This document shows positions 31,060-41,874 of a stretch of DNA of 64,000 nt, piece after piece. Numbering within the stretch: position 1 is the first letter of the stretch; each line of letters begins with the position of its first letter. Made by a program: the position numbers and the translations under genes. Below the pieces are notes generated by a model. The model had not been told where the DNA came from. It ran no database searches and saw only the letters and a list, made by a program, of their open reading frames with translations. This stretch comes from Synechococcales cyanobacterium VAR_4_metabat_354 (GTDB lineage: Bacteria > Cyanobacteriota > Cyanobacteriia > Cyanobacteriales > Chamaesiphonaceae). The stretch is taken from the NCBI GenBank assembly GCA_031414775.1, contig JANOQI010000022.1, positions 1-64,000 of the forward strand, in the 5' to 3' direction.

Positions 31060-32386
31060 CCGCCGCAGTTTTATCTAAAATGCCACCAGAGAGATGACTA
31101 GTAAGATTTAGGCATTGAATCATCGGCAATCCCTCAATACCGCGCGGATAGCTCACCATCGTTACGGCACCGTTACCCTGCTTGATTTTCCAAAAGTCCT
31201 CGATCTGGAGACCCATCAGCTGGCACAATAAAACCTTGTTAGTAGCATCGTGAGCCACTACAATACCAGTTTGGTTCACATCTCCTACTTTGCTCAAGAT
31301 ATCTTGCCACGCTTGGCCAGCGCGCTGCCACACATCGGGCAGGTTTTCACCCTCCGGCATTTGCACTGTCTCAGGCTTGGTACGCCAATCTTCTAGCTCT
31401 TGGGCATAATCCGCCGCAATTTCCGATTCTAGTTTGCCTTCCCATAGTCCGTGGCCAATTTCTTGCAAATCGGCATTGGTTTGCAAAGAAACCGCCGGAT
31501 GAGCCTGAAGGATAATCTCGGCAGTTTCCTTGGGGCGCAGCATCGGGCTAGTAAAAGCAAAGTCGATCGATACTAATTGTAAAAAGTCTCTGGCCTGACC
31601 CGCTTGAATCCGCCCATAATCATTGAGTGGTACATCAATCTGTCCCTGGAAGCGACCAGCCCGGTTCCAGTCGGTTTCACCATGACGAATAATTAAAAAC
31701 CGGGGGCCAGTGGCCTTGGTTTCGGGCAAAGGCTGACCGAGGTGAGCCACCTGATTGAGCGATTCTAGCTGCACCGCCGAACCCCAACCTTGACTAAAGT
31801 TAAGCACGGAGACCGCACAGTTAGATTGCTGAATAGACTGATAATACTCTGGTGGAATACCCAGAGCCGTACTGATCAAAGCCCGATTGATACCATTATG
31901 AGCAACTACCAGCACTGTTTGGCCATCATGCCGGGGAAGCATCGACTGCCAAAATTCTTGAGCCTGTTGGTAGAGAGAATCGATCGGACGATGCTCTTGA
32001 CCATTCACCTGTAGAACCAATTGGTGGGGAGCTTCATGCCACAGTCGATAATCTTCCGGGAACTGGGCAGCTACTTCTGTGAATAGCATTTTTTCCCAGG
32101 AGGGTAAATCCACTTCTTTCAGCAGCTCATCACTGATGGGGATAGGTGCTGAAGTAATTTGTGCTACCACGGTTTTAGCCGTTTCACTAGCTCTTTGGAG
32201 AGGACTACAGTAGACCGCGTCTAGATTTAAGCCCTGTAGCGCCTGACCAGTAGTGACCGCATCGGCTACGCCTTTATCTGTCAAAGTCGAATCATTGCAA
32301 CGCCCTTGAATTCTGCCTTGACTGTTGTAACTGCTTTGGCCGTGCCGCAGAATGATGACGCGCGTAGTCAAGGGTTTGCCCTCCAA
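31049..32386 (-). CDS. Two-domain histidine phosphatase (phosphoglycerate mutase family)
   Basis: Two RHG motifs, two SP..R motifs and two VAH motifs. Confidence 0.9.
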   Translation of the reverse strand: MEGKPLTTRVIILRHGQSSYNSQGRIQGRCNDSTLTDKGVADAVTTGQALQGLNLDAVYCSPLQRASETAKTVVAQITSAPIPISDELLKEVDLPSWEKMLFTEVAAQFPEDYRLWHEAPHQLVLQVNGQEHRPIDSLYQQAQEFWQSMLPRHDGQTVLVVAHNGINRALISTALGIPPEYYQSIQQSNCAVSVLNFSQGWGSAVQLESLNQVAHLGQPLPETKATGPRFLIIRHGETDWNRAGRFQGQIDVPLNDYGRIQAGQARDFLQLVSIDFAFTSPMLRPKETAEIILQAHPAVSLQTNADLQEIGHGLWEGKLESEIAADYAQELEDWRTKPETVQMPEGENLPDVWQRAGQAWQDILSKVGDVNQTGIVVAHDATNKVLLCQLMGLQIEDFWKIKQGNGAVTMVSYPRGIEGLPMIQCLNLTSHLSGGILDKTAAGAL

Positions 32387-32454
32387 TGATGGCTGTTGGT
32401 ATTCAGGGTAATTTTAGCGGTTCGTGACAGTTTTATCACAGGTCACAGTAGGAA

Positions 32455-33597
32455 TTACTTCAAGAACTGCACTAAGATCGCTCCTAACAGAACTACAATC
32501 GCCACCGAGAGTGTAATCAGCCAATTTTGAAACAGGCGCTGACGTTGATCAATAGTGCCTTGCTTCCGGCGGGTCTCACTCCAAGTTGAAGTCATTTCCC
32601 CGTAAAGACTATTCAGATTGCTAACGTCTTGCCGAATGCCTTGATTTAAGGAGGTATCTAGTTCAGTAATTTCGGATTGCAGTATTTTGATGGTCTCGCT
32701 ATTTTTATTGACTCTTTTAGCTACTTTCAGAGGCTGCGATTCAGCAATTTCAGATTGCAATATTTTAATGATCTCACTATTTTTGTTGACTCTTTTAGCT
32801 ACTTTAATCAAATGCGCTTTGCTAGCCAACTGTTCATACTGATCATGCAGTTCTGCCGAAAGCTGCAGCTGTCCGGAGCCGTTTGAGGTTGAGGTGGAAT
32901 GCTGTCGATCGATCTCAGCCTCGCTCAGTAAAATTTTCAGATCAGACTGGTGTTGCTGGAGCAAATTAGCAGCGTCATCATTGCGATCTTCTACCTGCTG
33001 CTGAATTTGCCGCAATGATGCATATAAATCAGTCTGATAAGTAAGCAACTCTTGTTGAGCCTGACGCAAGGAGGCATCAGCCTGACCCATTTGTTGCAGC
33101 AACGCCTGAACTTGCTGATAGCCACCAAACCCGTCAAGAGCAGTGATGATTTCTTGACGGATTTGTTCAAAAGATTTCAGAACTTGCTGCGCTTGCTGCA
33201 CTTGCTGCTTGCTAAACTTAGCCAGCTTTTCGGAACGATGGCGTAGTTCTTGCACTCTCACCACATTTTCTTCAATGGCCGCCGCTTTCAATTGATTTTC
33301 GAAGTGGACATCAGTTAACAATTGCTGAGCAGCAGCCATTTTTTGCAATATTTTGGGGTCGTGCACCAGGTTAGTTGACTGCGGTTCAGTGGCATGGGAT
33401 GGAGATGGATCGACTAAGGAAAAAAGTGAGCTAATCTCTTCATCCATATCCACATCCACTTGTTCTACTTCCAGTAGTAAGGATGATTCAGCCCGGTCAA
33501 TAGATATGAGGGTGGGTTTGTGTACTCCGATCGGTTCAAAATGTAATAAACCGGAGTTGTCTGAATTGTAGTTTTCGTTACCGGAGGATGTAGACAT
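32455..33597 (-). CDS. Hypothetical coiled-coil protein with C-terminal TM anchor
   Basis: Gln-rich heptads and a hydrophobic terminal helix. Confidence 0.7.
   Translation of the reverse strand: MSTSSGNENYNSDNSGLLHFEPIGVHKPTLISIDRAESSLLLEVEQVDVDMDEEISSLFSLVDPSPSHATEPQSTNLVHDPKILQKMAAAQQLLTDVHFENQLKAAAIEENVVRVQELRHRSEKLAKFSKQQVQQAQQVLKSFEQIRQEIITALDGFGGYQQVQALLQQMGQADASLRQAQQELLTYQTDLYASLRQIQQQVEDRNDDAANLLQQHQSDLKILLSEAEIDRQHSTSTSNGSGQLQLSAELHDQYEQLASKAHLIKVAKRVNKNSEIIKILQSEIAESQPLKVAKRVNKNSETIKILQSEITELDTSLNQGIRQDVSNLNSLYGEMTSTWSETRRKQGTIDQRQRLFQNWLITLSVAIVVLLGAILVQFLK
32662..32805. repeat. Imperfect tandem duplication with a 78-bp period
   Basis: Copies at 32662-32727 and 32740-32805 encode KVAKRVNKNSE(I/T)IKILQSEI twice. 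Confidence 0.9.
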
Positions 33598-33879
33598 GAG
33601 TAAAATTTTAGCTAATTTTTAGTTAACAAGACCAAGAAAAACACTGAAATTACTAAATCAAAGCTATTTCCAGATCAGATCAAGTGCAACTTTTGCTAGT
33701 TTTGAATTCGATTACTAACAGGTAGTTCACAACTAGCCGTGATGAATGACAAATTGAGTAAGATCATAACCCTTTTTAGGCACTTTATCTTTGATGGTTT
33801 GAATAAATACCTGGATTGATCGCTCTACATCCTATAATGAGAAGCGCTATCCAATGTAATTAGCTATAGGTAACATCTT

Positions 33880-34977
33880 GTGACTGCTCCTGTTCAATCG
33901 CCTGTTAGTTCTCGGCGCGTAGTGTTTCCCTTTACGGCGATCGTCGGACAAGAGGAGATGAAACTAGCTTTACTGCTCAATATCATTGATCCACTGATTG
34001 GGGGGGTCATGATTATGGGCGATCGAGGTACTGGAAAATCTACCACCATTAGAGCCTTAGCTGATCTACTCCCCGAAATTGATGTAGTAGCCAACGATCC
34101 CTTCAACAGCCATCCCAGCGATCCAGACTTGATGAGTGATGAGCTGCGCCAAGAATTTTTTACGACCAATACTCCTTTTCCCACGGCCACCAAAAAAGTG
34201 CCGATGGTCGATTTACCATTGGGGGCGACAGAAGACCGGGTCTGTGGCACGATCGATATCGAAAAAGCGCTCTCAGAAGGGGTGAAGGCCTTTGAACCAG
34301 GACTCCTAGCCAAGGCTAATCGGGGCATTTTATATGTGGATGAGGTCAATCTCCTCGATGATCACTTGGTAGATGTCTTATTAGACTCAGCGGCCAGTGG
34401 TTGGAATACAGTTGAGCGAGAAGGAATTTCGATTCGCCACCCAGCTCGATTTATCTTAGTGGGTTCGGGGAACCCGGAAGAAGGCGAGTTACGCCCGCAG
34501 TTACTAGATCGGTTTGGGATGCACGCGGAGATCCGGACGGTAAAGGAACCAACCTTGCGGGTTCAGATTGTAGAACAACGATCAGAGTTCGATCGAAAGC
34601 CCAATGAATTCTTGGTAGATTATCAAGAAAAACAAATAGCCCTGGGTCAAAAGATTGTAGATGCTCAAAATCGCCTGGATCAAGTGACCTTAGAATACGA
34701 CCTGCGGGTGAAAATCTCGGAGGTTTGTGCGGCTTGTGATGTCGATGGTCTGCGCGGTGACATTGTAACCACCCGCACCGCTAAAGCTTTAGCAGCCTAC
34801 GAAGGACGCACGGAGGCTACCGCAGAAGATATCCAACGGATTATCGCCCTCTGCTTGCGCCATCGTCTACGCAAAGATCCTTTGGAATCGATCGATTCAG
34901 GTAACAAAGTAGAAAAAATCTTTGCGGAGGTCTTTGGAATGGAAATGGCGGTTAAAGAGCCGGCGGGTGTGCGCTAG
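33880..34977 (+). CDS. chlI: Magnesium chelatase ATPase subunit I
   Basis: [22 protein letters not shown] and [10 protein letters not shown] motifs. Confidence 0.97.
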   Translation: MTAPVQSPVSSRRVVFPFTAIVGQEEMKLALLLNIIDPLIGGVMIMGDRGTGKSTTIRALADLLPEIDVVANDPFNSHPSDPDLMSDELRQEFFTTNTPFPTATKKVPMVDLPLGATEDRVCGTIDIEKALSEGVKAFEPGLLAKANRGILYVDEVNLLDDHLVDVLLDSAASGWNTVEREGISIRHPARFILVGSGNPEEGELRPQLLDRFGMHAEIRTVKEPTLRVQIVEQRSEFDRKPNEFLVDYQEKQIALGQKIVDAQNRLDQVTLEYDLRVKISEVCAACDVDGLRGDIVTTRTAKALAAYEGRTEATAEDIQRIIALCLRHRLRKDPLESIDSGNKVEKIFAEVFGMEMAVKEPAGVR

Positions 34978-35009
34978 AGAAAGATTGATGATTATTCGAT
35001 CACCATTGC

Positions 35010-35042
35010 CGGGGGCTGTATTGTTATGCACTCCCCTTTTTT
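35010..35042 (+). terminator. Probable terminator after chlI
   Basis: G-rich/C-rich imperfect stem followed by a T-run. Confidence 0.5.
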
Positions 35043-35069
35043 CATAGGGATAGCGACTAGCCTAACTCT

Positions 35070-35090
35070 GACTTTTCAGACATCCTCTTA
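35070..35090. mobile_element. Possible isolated IS/MITE terminal repeat
   Basis: gacttttcagacatcctc-tta resembles the GAGGATGT.TGAAAAGTC ends of cyanobacterial IS5-like/MITE elements; no partner end seen. Confidence 0.35.
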
Positions 35091-35175
35091 GGCTGATATC
35101 AGAGCTGAGGTACGTTATATTTTCTCTAGACAGCTAAAAATTGTCATCGGTTGGTGTATCCACCGCAAAAAAGTC

Positions 35176-36612
35176 ATGGATTTTTTTTCCAACACTGTCG
35201 CCCTCTCCCGCAGCCAATTTGCTCTCACTGCGATCTTTCATATGCTGTGGCCCGTATTAACCACCGGTATGTCTATCTATTTAGTGATTGTCGAAGGTCT
35301 GTGGCTGAAAACCCGCCAGCCCGAATATTATTACCATGCCCGTTTTTGGTCGAAACTCTACCTATTGAATTTTGGGATCGGAGTAGCTTCCGGTCTGCCG
35401 ATGGAGTTTCAATTTGGCACCAACTGGGCACCCTTCTCCGAAGCCGTAGGCGACTTTTTCGGTAGTATCCTGGGCTTTGAAGGCGCGATGGCCTTCATGC
35501 TGGAAGCAGGTTTCTTAGGCATTATGCTCTTTGGCTGGGGGCGAGTGCCGCCGATCATTCATTATCTGGCCACCATCATGGTTTCCTTTGGAGCCAATCT
35601 CTCCACCTTCTGGATTTTGGTGGCCAACTCCTGGCTGCAAACCCCCGCTGGTGGTGACATGGTGGGTGGGAAATTTATCGTCAGTGACTATTTTCAGGCA
35701 ATATTTAATCCCTTCATGGTCAAAAGTGTTGCCCACATGTTTTTAGCAACGCTGGAAACGTCCCTATTCGTGATTGGCGGCATCAGTGCTTGGTATATTC
35801 TAAAAAACCGCCACACTGAATTTTTTTCCCAGTCACTGAAAATTGTATTGGCCGCCGCCATCGCCGTCACTCCGCTCCAGATTTATGTTGGTCATCTCAG
35901 TGCCGAACAGGTGGCTCACTACCAACCAACTAAACTGGCGGCAATGGAAGCCAAATGGGAAACCAGCCCCGCTGGTCAGCCTGCCGACTGGAGCTTATTA
36001 GCGCTGCCCGACGAAGCTGGCGAGAAAAATAAGCTGGAACTTACGGTTCCTAATGGATTAGGTTACATTTTGGAGTTCCGCAAAAATCTTTCAGCGCCAG
36101 TGCTGGGTCTCAAAGAATGGCCAGCATCCGATCGACCAAAAATGGTGGGACTGATTTACTATTCTTTTCGGATCATGAGTGGCATTGGTTTCTTCTTGGC
36201 TGGACTGATGCTGTGGAGTGCATTGCAATGGCTGCGGGGTAATCTCGCGCCGCCCAAAATCACCGCCCAAAAGTGGTTCCTGCGGACTTGGATTTTTGCG
36301 GCACCCTTGGGATATATTGCAGTAGAATCGGGCTGGATTGTGCGCTGTGTCGGCAGACAACCTTGGACAATGTATGGCAAAATTCGTACCGCCGATGCCG
36401 CTTCCCACATCCCGGCTAGTAATGTCCTGACTACTCTGATTACCTTTGCTGTTATTTACACTGTTTTGTTGATCTCAACGCTGTATTTTGGTAGCCGGAT
36501 TATTGGTAAGGGGCCAAATTTAGAGTTGCCCTTGCCAGGACTAGATGGCCAATTAAACACGGCTCCAGCGGAATCTGTTCCTGATCATCGGCCAGTCGAA
36601 GCCCAACAATAA
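35176..36612 (+). CDS. cydA: Cytochrome bd ubiquinol oxidase subunit I
   Basis: SRSQFALTAIFH, EFQFGTNW, ANSWLQTP, QPTKLAAME and GRQPW motifs. Confidence 0.96.
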   Translation: MDFFSNTVALSRSQFALTAIFHMLWPVLTTGMSIYLVIVEGLWLKTRQPEYYYHARFWSKLYLLNFGIGVASGLPMEFQFGTNWAPFSEAVGDFFGSILGFEGAMAFMLEAGFLGIMLFGWGRVPPIIHYLATIMVSFGANLSTFWILVANSWLQTPAGGDMVGGKFIVSDYFQAIFNPFMVKSVAHMFLATLETSLFVIGGISAWYILKNRHTEFFSQSLKIVLAAAIAVTPLQIYVGHLSAEQVAHYQPTKLAAMEAKWETSPAGQPADWSLLALPDEAGEKNKLELTVPNGLGYILEFRKNLSAPVLGLKEWPASDRPKMVGLIYYSFRIMSGIGFFLAGLMLWSALQWLRGNLAPPKITAQKWFLRTWIFAAPLGYIAVESGWIVRCVGRQPWTMYGKIRTADAASHIPASNVLTTLITFAVIYTVLLISTLYFGSRIIGKGPNLELPLPGLDGQLNTAPAESVPDHRPVEAQQ

Positions 36613-36621
36613 GAAGGTTTT

Positions 36622-37632
36622 ATGGATGCATTACAAGGTTTTTTACCGCAGGTGTGGTTTGTAATTTTAGGCTTATTTCTGTTTTTGTACGTAATGTTAG
36701 ATGGTTTCGATCTGGGTGTGGGCATCTTGTCTTTGACTAGCTCAAATGAAGAACGGCGTACTATTCTGATGACCAGCCTCGGAAATATTTGGGATGCCAA
36801 CGAAACTTGGCTAGTAGTAATGGGCGGCGCTTTATTTGGGGCGTTTCCCTTGGCTTATGGCACCATTCTCAGTGCCTTATACATGCCAATTTTTATCATG
36901 ATTTTCGGCCTAATTTTTCGGGCGGTGGCTTTCGAGTTTCGAGAATATTCTGATCGCAAGCTTTTTTGGAATTTGGCTTTTGGCATCGGCAGTTTTATTG
37001 CTGCCTTGGGACAGGGTTTTGCTCTGGGGAGCGTGATTGAAGGGATCACTGTCGATGATGCTGGCCATTTTATTGGCTCTACTTGGGATTGGCTAGACTG
37101 GCGATCGATCTTAGTTGCTCTTACATTAATTCAGGGTTATGTGCTGATCGGTTCTACTTACTTAATTTTAAAAACGGAAGGGGATCTACAAAAAACCCAC
37201 TTTTATACCGCCAAAATCGCCGCAATCACCACTTTTATTGGAGCCGTGCTGATTACGATCGCGACCCCCATATTCTATGAAGCTGATCGAGTGCGGTTGT
37301 TTAGTGCACCATTGGTGTATGTTTTTGCCGCTATTCCGTTGCTGGGGCTGTTGCTGGTGTGGTTGCTAATTAAAAGTATCGATCGACAAGAAGAGCGCAC
37401 CCCTTTTATCTGGACAATTCTGATTTTTTTACTGACCTTTATCGGTCTAGGACTGATTGTATTTCCCTACATCATCCCTACTAAAATCACCATTTACCAG
37501 GCCGCCGCCGCGCCCAGCGCTCTAGTATTTATGCTGACCTTCGTCGGAGTGCTCATCCCCATTATGTTGTTCTATAACATCTATAACTATGTGGTATTTC
37601 GGGGCAAAGTGGCCAGTAGCACTCACCATTAG
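36622..37632 (+). CDS. cydB: Cytochrome bd ubiquinol oxidase subunit II
   Basis: LDGFDLGVG, WDANETW and FRAVAFEFR motifs. Confidence 0.96.
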   Translation: MDALQGFLPQVWFVILGLFLFLYVMLDGFDLGVGILSLTSSNEERRTILMTSLGNIWDANETWLVVMGGALFGAFPLAYGTILSALYMPIFIMIFGLIFRAVAFEFREYSDRKLFWNLAFGIGSFIAALGQGFALGSVIEGITVDDAGHFIGSTWDWLDWRSILVALTLIQGYVLIGSTYLILKTEGDLQKTHFYTAKIAAITTFIGAVLITIATPIFYEADRVRLFSAPLVYVFAAIPLLGLLLVWLLIKSIDRQEERTPFIWTILIFLLTFIGLGLIVFPYIIPTKITIYQAAAAPSALVFMLTFVGVLIPIMLFYNIYNYVVFRGKVASSTHH

Positions 37633-37647
37633 AACAATACATTTGCC

Positions 37648-37968
37648 CTACCATTTAGAGCGCAAAAATATCACTCCAATTACAATCAGTACCACCCCGC
37701 CTAGATTCAATATTGAATGATTTTCCTTAAGAATAAAAATACTCAAAGCCATCGCTAACATAGCTTCTAGGCCGACAACCAGCACATAGGTTGCCCCCAT
37801 CGACGTGTTCTTGATGGCCAAGGTTTGGAAACTAGCCCCAGCAAAAAATAAGCCATAAATAGCGAGACTAGGCCAGAATCGGGATAGGCCATCAGACCAC
37901 TCCATAAAAATGCCGCCGATTGTAAAAGACAGTGCGGCACCCAGAGAAAGTAAAATATCAATGGGCAT
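37648..37968 (-). CDS. SMR/DMT-family small transporter
   Basis: 106 aa with four TM helices; SDG...WPS, MGATY and E.....NLGG.LI..G pattern. Confidence 0.8.
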   Translation of the reverse strand: MPIDILLSLGAALSFTIGGIFMEWSDGLSRFWPSLAIYGLFFAGASFQTLAIKNTSMGATYVLVVGLEAMLAMALSIFILKENHSILNLGGVVLIVIGVIFLRSKW

Positions 37969-39505
37969 CGTTATTCACCAACGCTTGGCCGATTAATTTA
38001 ATGCGGCGCAGGATTTCTTCCATGTTGGAGTAGGTGGTGCGCGGGTTCAACAGCGTAAACTTCAGATAAACACGATCGCCGACTTTAGTTTGGGCGATGA
38101 TCGCAAATCCAGCCTGGATCAGCTGCATCCGAATGGCCTGGTTGATTTTGTCCAATTGTTCAGAAGCCACCGACGGCGGCGCATAACGAAAAACCACAGC
38201 ATTGATGGCCGGAACAGCAGCCAACAGGAAATCTGGATCAGACTCGATCAGTAAGGCGACTTGGGCAGCTAAGTCGATCGTTGTTTCAATCATGGTAGCC
38301 AAAGTTTGTCTACCCAGGGTTTGTAATGAAACCCAAAGTTTGAGAGCATCAAAGCGGCGGGTGGTCTGAATAGATTTAGTGACTAAATCAGGAATGCCTT
38401 GATCTTCATTGCCTTCAGGATTGAGATAGTCGGCATGTAACCGCAGTAGATCAAAGTGATCACGATTTTTGAGCAAGAAAGCTCCACAGCTAATTGGTTG
38501 ATAAAATAGCTTATGAAAATCTACTGTGATCGAGTCAGCAGCAGCAATACCATCTAGTTGATGACGATGGTGATCGCTCAAAATTAGCGCCCCCCCAAAA
38601 GCAGCATCAGCATGAAGCCACAACTGATGTTTTTGAGCACAAGCAGCTAGCTCTGTCAGGATATCAATACTACCAAAATCGGTAGTACCAACAGTAGCAA
38701 CAATCGCGATCGGAATCAGGTCTTGAGCTTGGAGTTGGAGAATGCAGGCTTCCACCGCACTGCCTCCCATTTGATAGTCACGATTAGTCGCTACCGTTAC
38801 CACAGCCTGTTGCCCTAAACCCAGAAGTGCCGCCGATTGACGCACCGTAAAGTGGGATACATCCGAACAAATAATCCGAAAGCGTGATGCCTCCGGCGGC
38901 AATCCTTGCTGCTGGATTGACCAATTCAAATGTTGCTGGGCATAGTGGTCTCTAGCCAATAGCAATCCCATCAGGTTCGACTGAGTACCGCCACTAGTAA
39001 AAGTGCCATCAGCAACTGGGCTATAACCATAAAGTTGGCACAGCCAATCCAGGAGCTGTTGCTCCACCATCGTAGCCGCCGGACTTTGATCCCAAGAATC
39101 CATCGACTGATTGGTAGCACTTAGCAACACCTCGGCCGCCAGAGATGCGGTCAGCGGTGGACAGTGCAAATGGGCAATACAGTGAGGATGAGAAACACTC
39201 ACGGCATGAGTTACAACTGTTTCAGACACCTGTTGTAAAATATTAGCTAAGGGCTGACCTTGTTCAGGGCAGCAGTCGATCGCTATCAACTGCGCTCGTA
39301 AAACAGCAGGATCTAGGCCACTATATGCTTGGGTCTGCTGCTGCATCCAAGTAGTTAATACCTGACTGGCTGACGCGATCGCCTCCTCGTAATTTTCGAT
39401 GCCTGATGGTGAATTAGAAAGGAAAAAGCTATCCCAGTTCAGCAAAGGCTGGGTCTGGGGCGAGGCTAAAAATACTGAACTATCCAACATGAATTTGTAA
39501 TGCAC
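37958..39505 (-). CDS. ddc: L-2,4-diaminobutyrate decarboxylase (group II PLP decarboxylase)
   Basis: AHLHCP, NQSMDSWDQSP, SGGTQSN, VDFHK and KSIQTTRRFDALK motifs; start GTG 39505 or ATG 39490. Confidence 0.88.
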   Translation of the reverse strand: MHYKFMLDSSVFLASPQTQPLLNWDSFFLSNSPSGIENYEEAIASASQVLTTWMQQQTQAYSGLDPAVLRAQLIAIDCCPEQGQPLANILQQVSETVVTHAVSVSHPHCIAHLHCPPLTASLAAEVLLSATNQSMDSWDQSPAATMVEQQLLDWLCQLYGYSPVADGTFTSGGTQSNLMGLLLARDHYAQQHLNWSIQQQGLPPEASRFRIICSDVSHFTVRQSAALLGLGQQAVVTVATNRDYQMGGSAVEACILQLQAQDLIPIAIVATVGTTDFGSIDILTELAACAQKHQLWLHADAAFGGALILSDHHRHQLDGIAAADSITVDFHKLFYQPISCGAFLLKNRDHFDLLRLHADYLNPEGNEDQGIPDLVTKSIQTTRRFDALKLWVSLQTLGRQTLATMIETTIDLAAQVALLIESDPDFLLAAVPAINAVVFRYAPPSVASEQLDKINQAIRMQLIQAGFAIIAQTKVGDRVYLKFTLLNPRTTYSNMEEILRRIKLIGQALVNNDAH

Positions 39506-40902
39506 TAAATATTTTGGACTGATTGCAAAGACTGCGCGAAAATTTCACAAACGCTATCAATTTGTTCTGGTGTAATAATCAGCGGCGGCAAAAACCGGAC
39601 GACACTACCAAAACGTCCGCCCAACTCAATGATTAGTCCCCGACGAAAGCATTCCGCTTGCAGCTGTCGCGCTAGGGCGGCATTGTGCGGATATATACCC
39701 CGCTGGTTGGCGGACTCTTCGGGGTTGACCAATTCCACGCCCACCATCAATCCTCGGCCACGCACTTCACCAATACAGGGATGTGCCGATTGCAGCTGAT
39801 GTAAATGTCCCATCAATCGATCGCCCATGACCTGAGCATGATCCATCAATCGATTTTCGAGGGTATAGCGCAGAGCAGCTTGTCCAGCCGCCATCGCCAT
39901 TTGATTTCCTCTAAAAGTACCAGCATGTGCCCCTGGTCCCCACTTATCTAGAGACTCATGATACACCATCACCGATAACGGCAGGCTCCCACCGATCGCC
40001 TTAGACAGAAGTAAAACATCGGGAATAATACCACTATGTTCAAAAGCAAATAACTTGCCCGTCCGGCCAAAGCCACTTTGAACCTCATCCACAATCAGAG
40101 GAATAGTTTGCTCTTGAGTAATTCGTCGGATATCGCGCAGCCATTCGTCGGGAGCTGGAATCACCCCACCTTCACCCTGTACCACCTCCAAAATCATGCC
40201 TGCTGGTTTTACAATCCCGCTTTCGGGATCAGCCAAGACTGATTCAATATAATTACTGCTAGTCTGAGCACCAATCTTGCCCCCCAAGCCAAAGGGACAG
40301 CGGAAACTGTACGGATACGGCAAGAAATGAGTATCAGGCATCAACCCAGCTACCGCCTCTTTGGCATTGAGGTTGCCAGTTAGACTCAGTGCACCATTGG
40401 TCATGCCATGGTAGCCACCATGAAAAGACAACATACTTCGGCGACCAGTCGCTGTTTTAACTAGTTTGATGGCTGCTTCCACCGCATCAGCACCGGTTGG
40501 CCCACAGAATTGAATGCGAGCATTTTTGGCAAAAGCAGGCGGCAGAGCGGCAAATAATTCTTCGACAAATTGGTCTTTAACCGGTGTGGTCAAGTCTAAA
40601 GTATGGAGGGGCAGACCACTGGCCAAGACATCTTGAATAGCGGCAATCACTACGGGATGATTGTGACCTAAAGATAGAGTCCCGGCACCTGCTAAACAAT
40701 CAAAATATTGACGACCATCTACATCGGTAATAAATATCCCTGCCGCTTTTTTAATAGCGATCGGCAGCCGCCGGGGATAACTACGAGCATTGGATTCGCG
40801 GGTGGCTTGTCGATCGAGATAAAACTGAGAAGTATGAGAGTCAGGAAGTTCGGTGGGGGCGATGAAAGAACCACCAATCTTTGTTTCGATCAGACTTATC
40901 AT
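39505..40902 (-). CDS. dat: Diaminobutyrate--2-oxoglutarate transaminase
   Basis: ESNARSYPRR, DCLAGAG, GPTGADAVEAA, QGEGG, SKAIGG and HAGTFRGN motifs. Confidence 0.9.
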   Translation of the reverse strand: MISLIETKIGGSFIAPTELPDSHTSQFYLDRQATRESNARSYPRRLPIAIKKAAGIFITDVDGRQYFDCLAGAGTLSLGHNHPVVIAAIQDVLASGLPLHTLDLTTPVKDQFVEELFAALPPAFAKNARIQFCGPTGADAVEAAIKLVKTATGRRSMLSFHGGYHGMTNGALSLTGNLNAKEAVAGLMPDTHFLPYPYSFRCPFGLGGKIGAQTSSNYIESVLADPESGIVKPAGMILEVVQGEGGVIPAPDEWLRDIRRITQEQTIPLIVDEVQSGFGRTGKLFAFEHSGIIPDVLLLSKAIGGSLPLSVMVYHESLDKWGPGAHAGTFRGNQMAMAAGQAALRYTLENRLMDHAQVMGDRLMGHLHQLQSAHPCIGEVRGRGLMVGVELVNPEESANQRGIYPHNAALARQLQAECFRRGLIIELGGRFGSVVRFLPPLIITPEQIDSVCEIFAQSLQSVQNI

Positions 40903-41365
40903 AAAATGTGGGCGTTAATTTAGGTTACAGGTGCCAAGTTGTTGGCAGAAAACAGCTCAACAAAACTATAGTACTGTGACATTTTACACATTTCAGTTTC
41001 AGCTGGCCTAATTCAGTCAATCTGCTGAACTGACATTGCCTCACTAGCGTAAAGATGCAGAAGCCGCTCGTATCTTAAGCTGGAGCAGTAGAAAAATTAG
41101 AGGTTAGTTGGTTCGATGCTTAAAACTTGGCATCACCTTGAACGTTACCAATAGCATTGCCATAGTTTATCCCGATCAAAGGTGGCCGCCACTCCCGCTC
41201 TACCAGCGGAGCCAACAATTTCCCCGGATAATCGTCACTCAAAACTGCCAACTTCAGACCGTCGCCCCCGCCGAAGCCCCCAAAACCCGCCGACTTGTTG
41301 TTATTAAAAAAGCATTACAGCGAGTAGAAATGCAAAAACCCCGCACAGAGCGAGGTTTGGATTTA

Positions 41366-41437
<72 letters not shown>

Positions 41438-41495
41438 GCCAGGTACCCAATATAGCAAACTTTAGCAAAGTTAAAAAACTTTTTTAGTGAGACGG

Positions 41496-41831
41496 CTAAG
41501 AAGACAGCTTCAGCGAATCCACAAACAAACTATAGACAAAGCCTAGCTTTAAGGCATTCAAATTTTCCAGACCAAAGCTCCCCAATATCGATACCGATCG
41601 CTTGCGGTAGACCAGCCAACTGACTAATTCCGTTGCGGCCAGCATCACCAACGCAACGACAATATCAGCTTGCGCCATTTGCCCGGTCACTAGTGCGATC
41701 GCTGGCCCTAAAAAATTGCCCAACAATAGACAAATCAACCACACCGAAGCCCGTCGCCAGGGATTTAGAATCCAGGCTTGCAGCTTGCTAGCCAAGAAGC
41801 TTAATAGGTTACTTAAACGAGTATTCTGCAT
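41496..41831 (-). CDS. Ycf20/DUF565 family membrane protein
   Basis: MQNTRL, NPWRR and LNALKLG..YSLFVD..KL motifs. Confidence 0.88.
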   Translation of the reverse strand: MQNTRLSNLLSFLASKLQAWILNPWRRASVWLICLLLGNFLGPAIALVTGQMAQADIVVALVMLAATELVSWLVYRKRSVSILGSFGLENLNALKLGFVYSLFVDSLKLSS

Positions 41832-41874
41832 CAGGAAGAATCAAGGAAAAGGGAAAGGCACCTGCTCCATATCA

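Noticed and set aside
34978..35175. att-site duplicate of the tRNA-Cys 3' end
   Set aside because: No copy of aggcagcacccagatttgaac was found here
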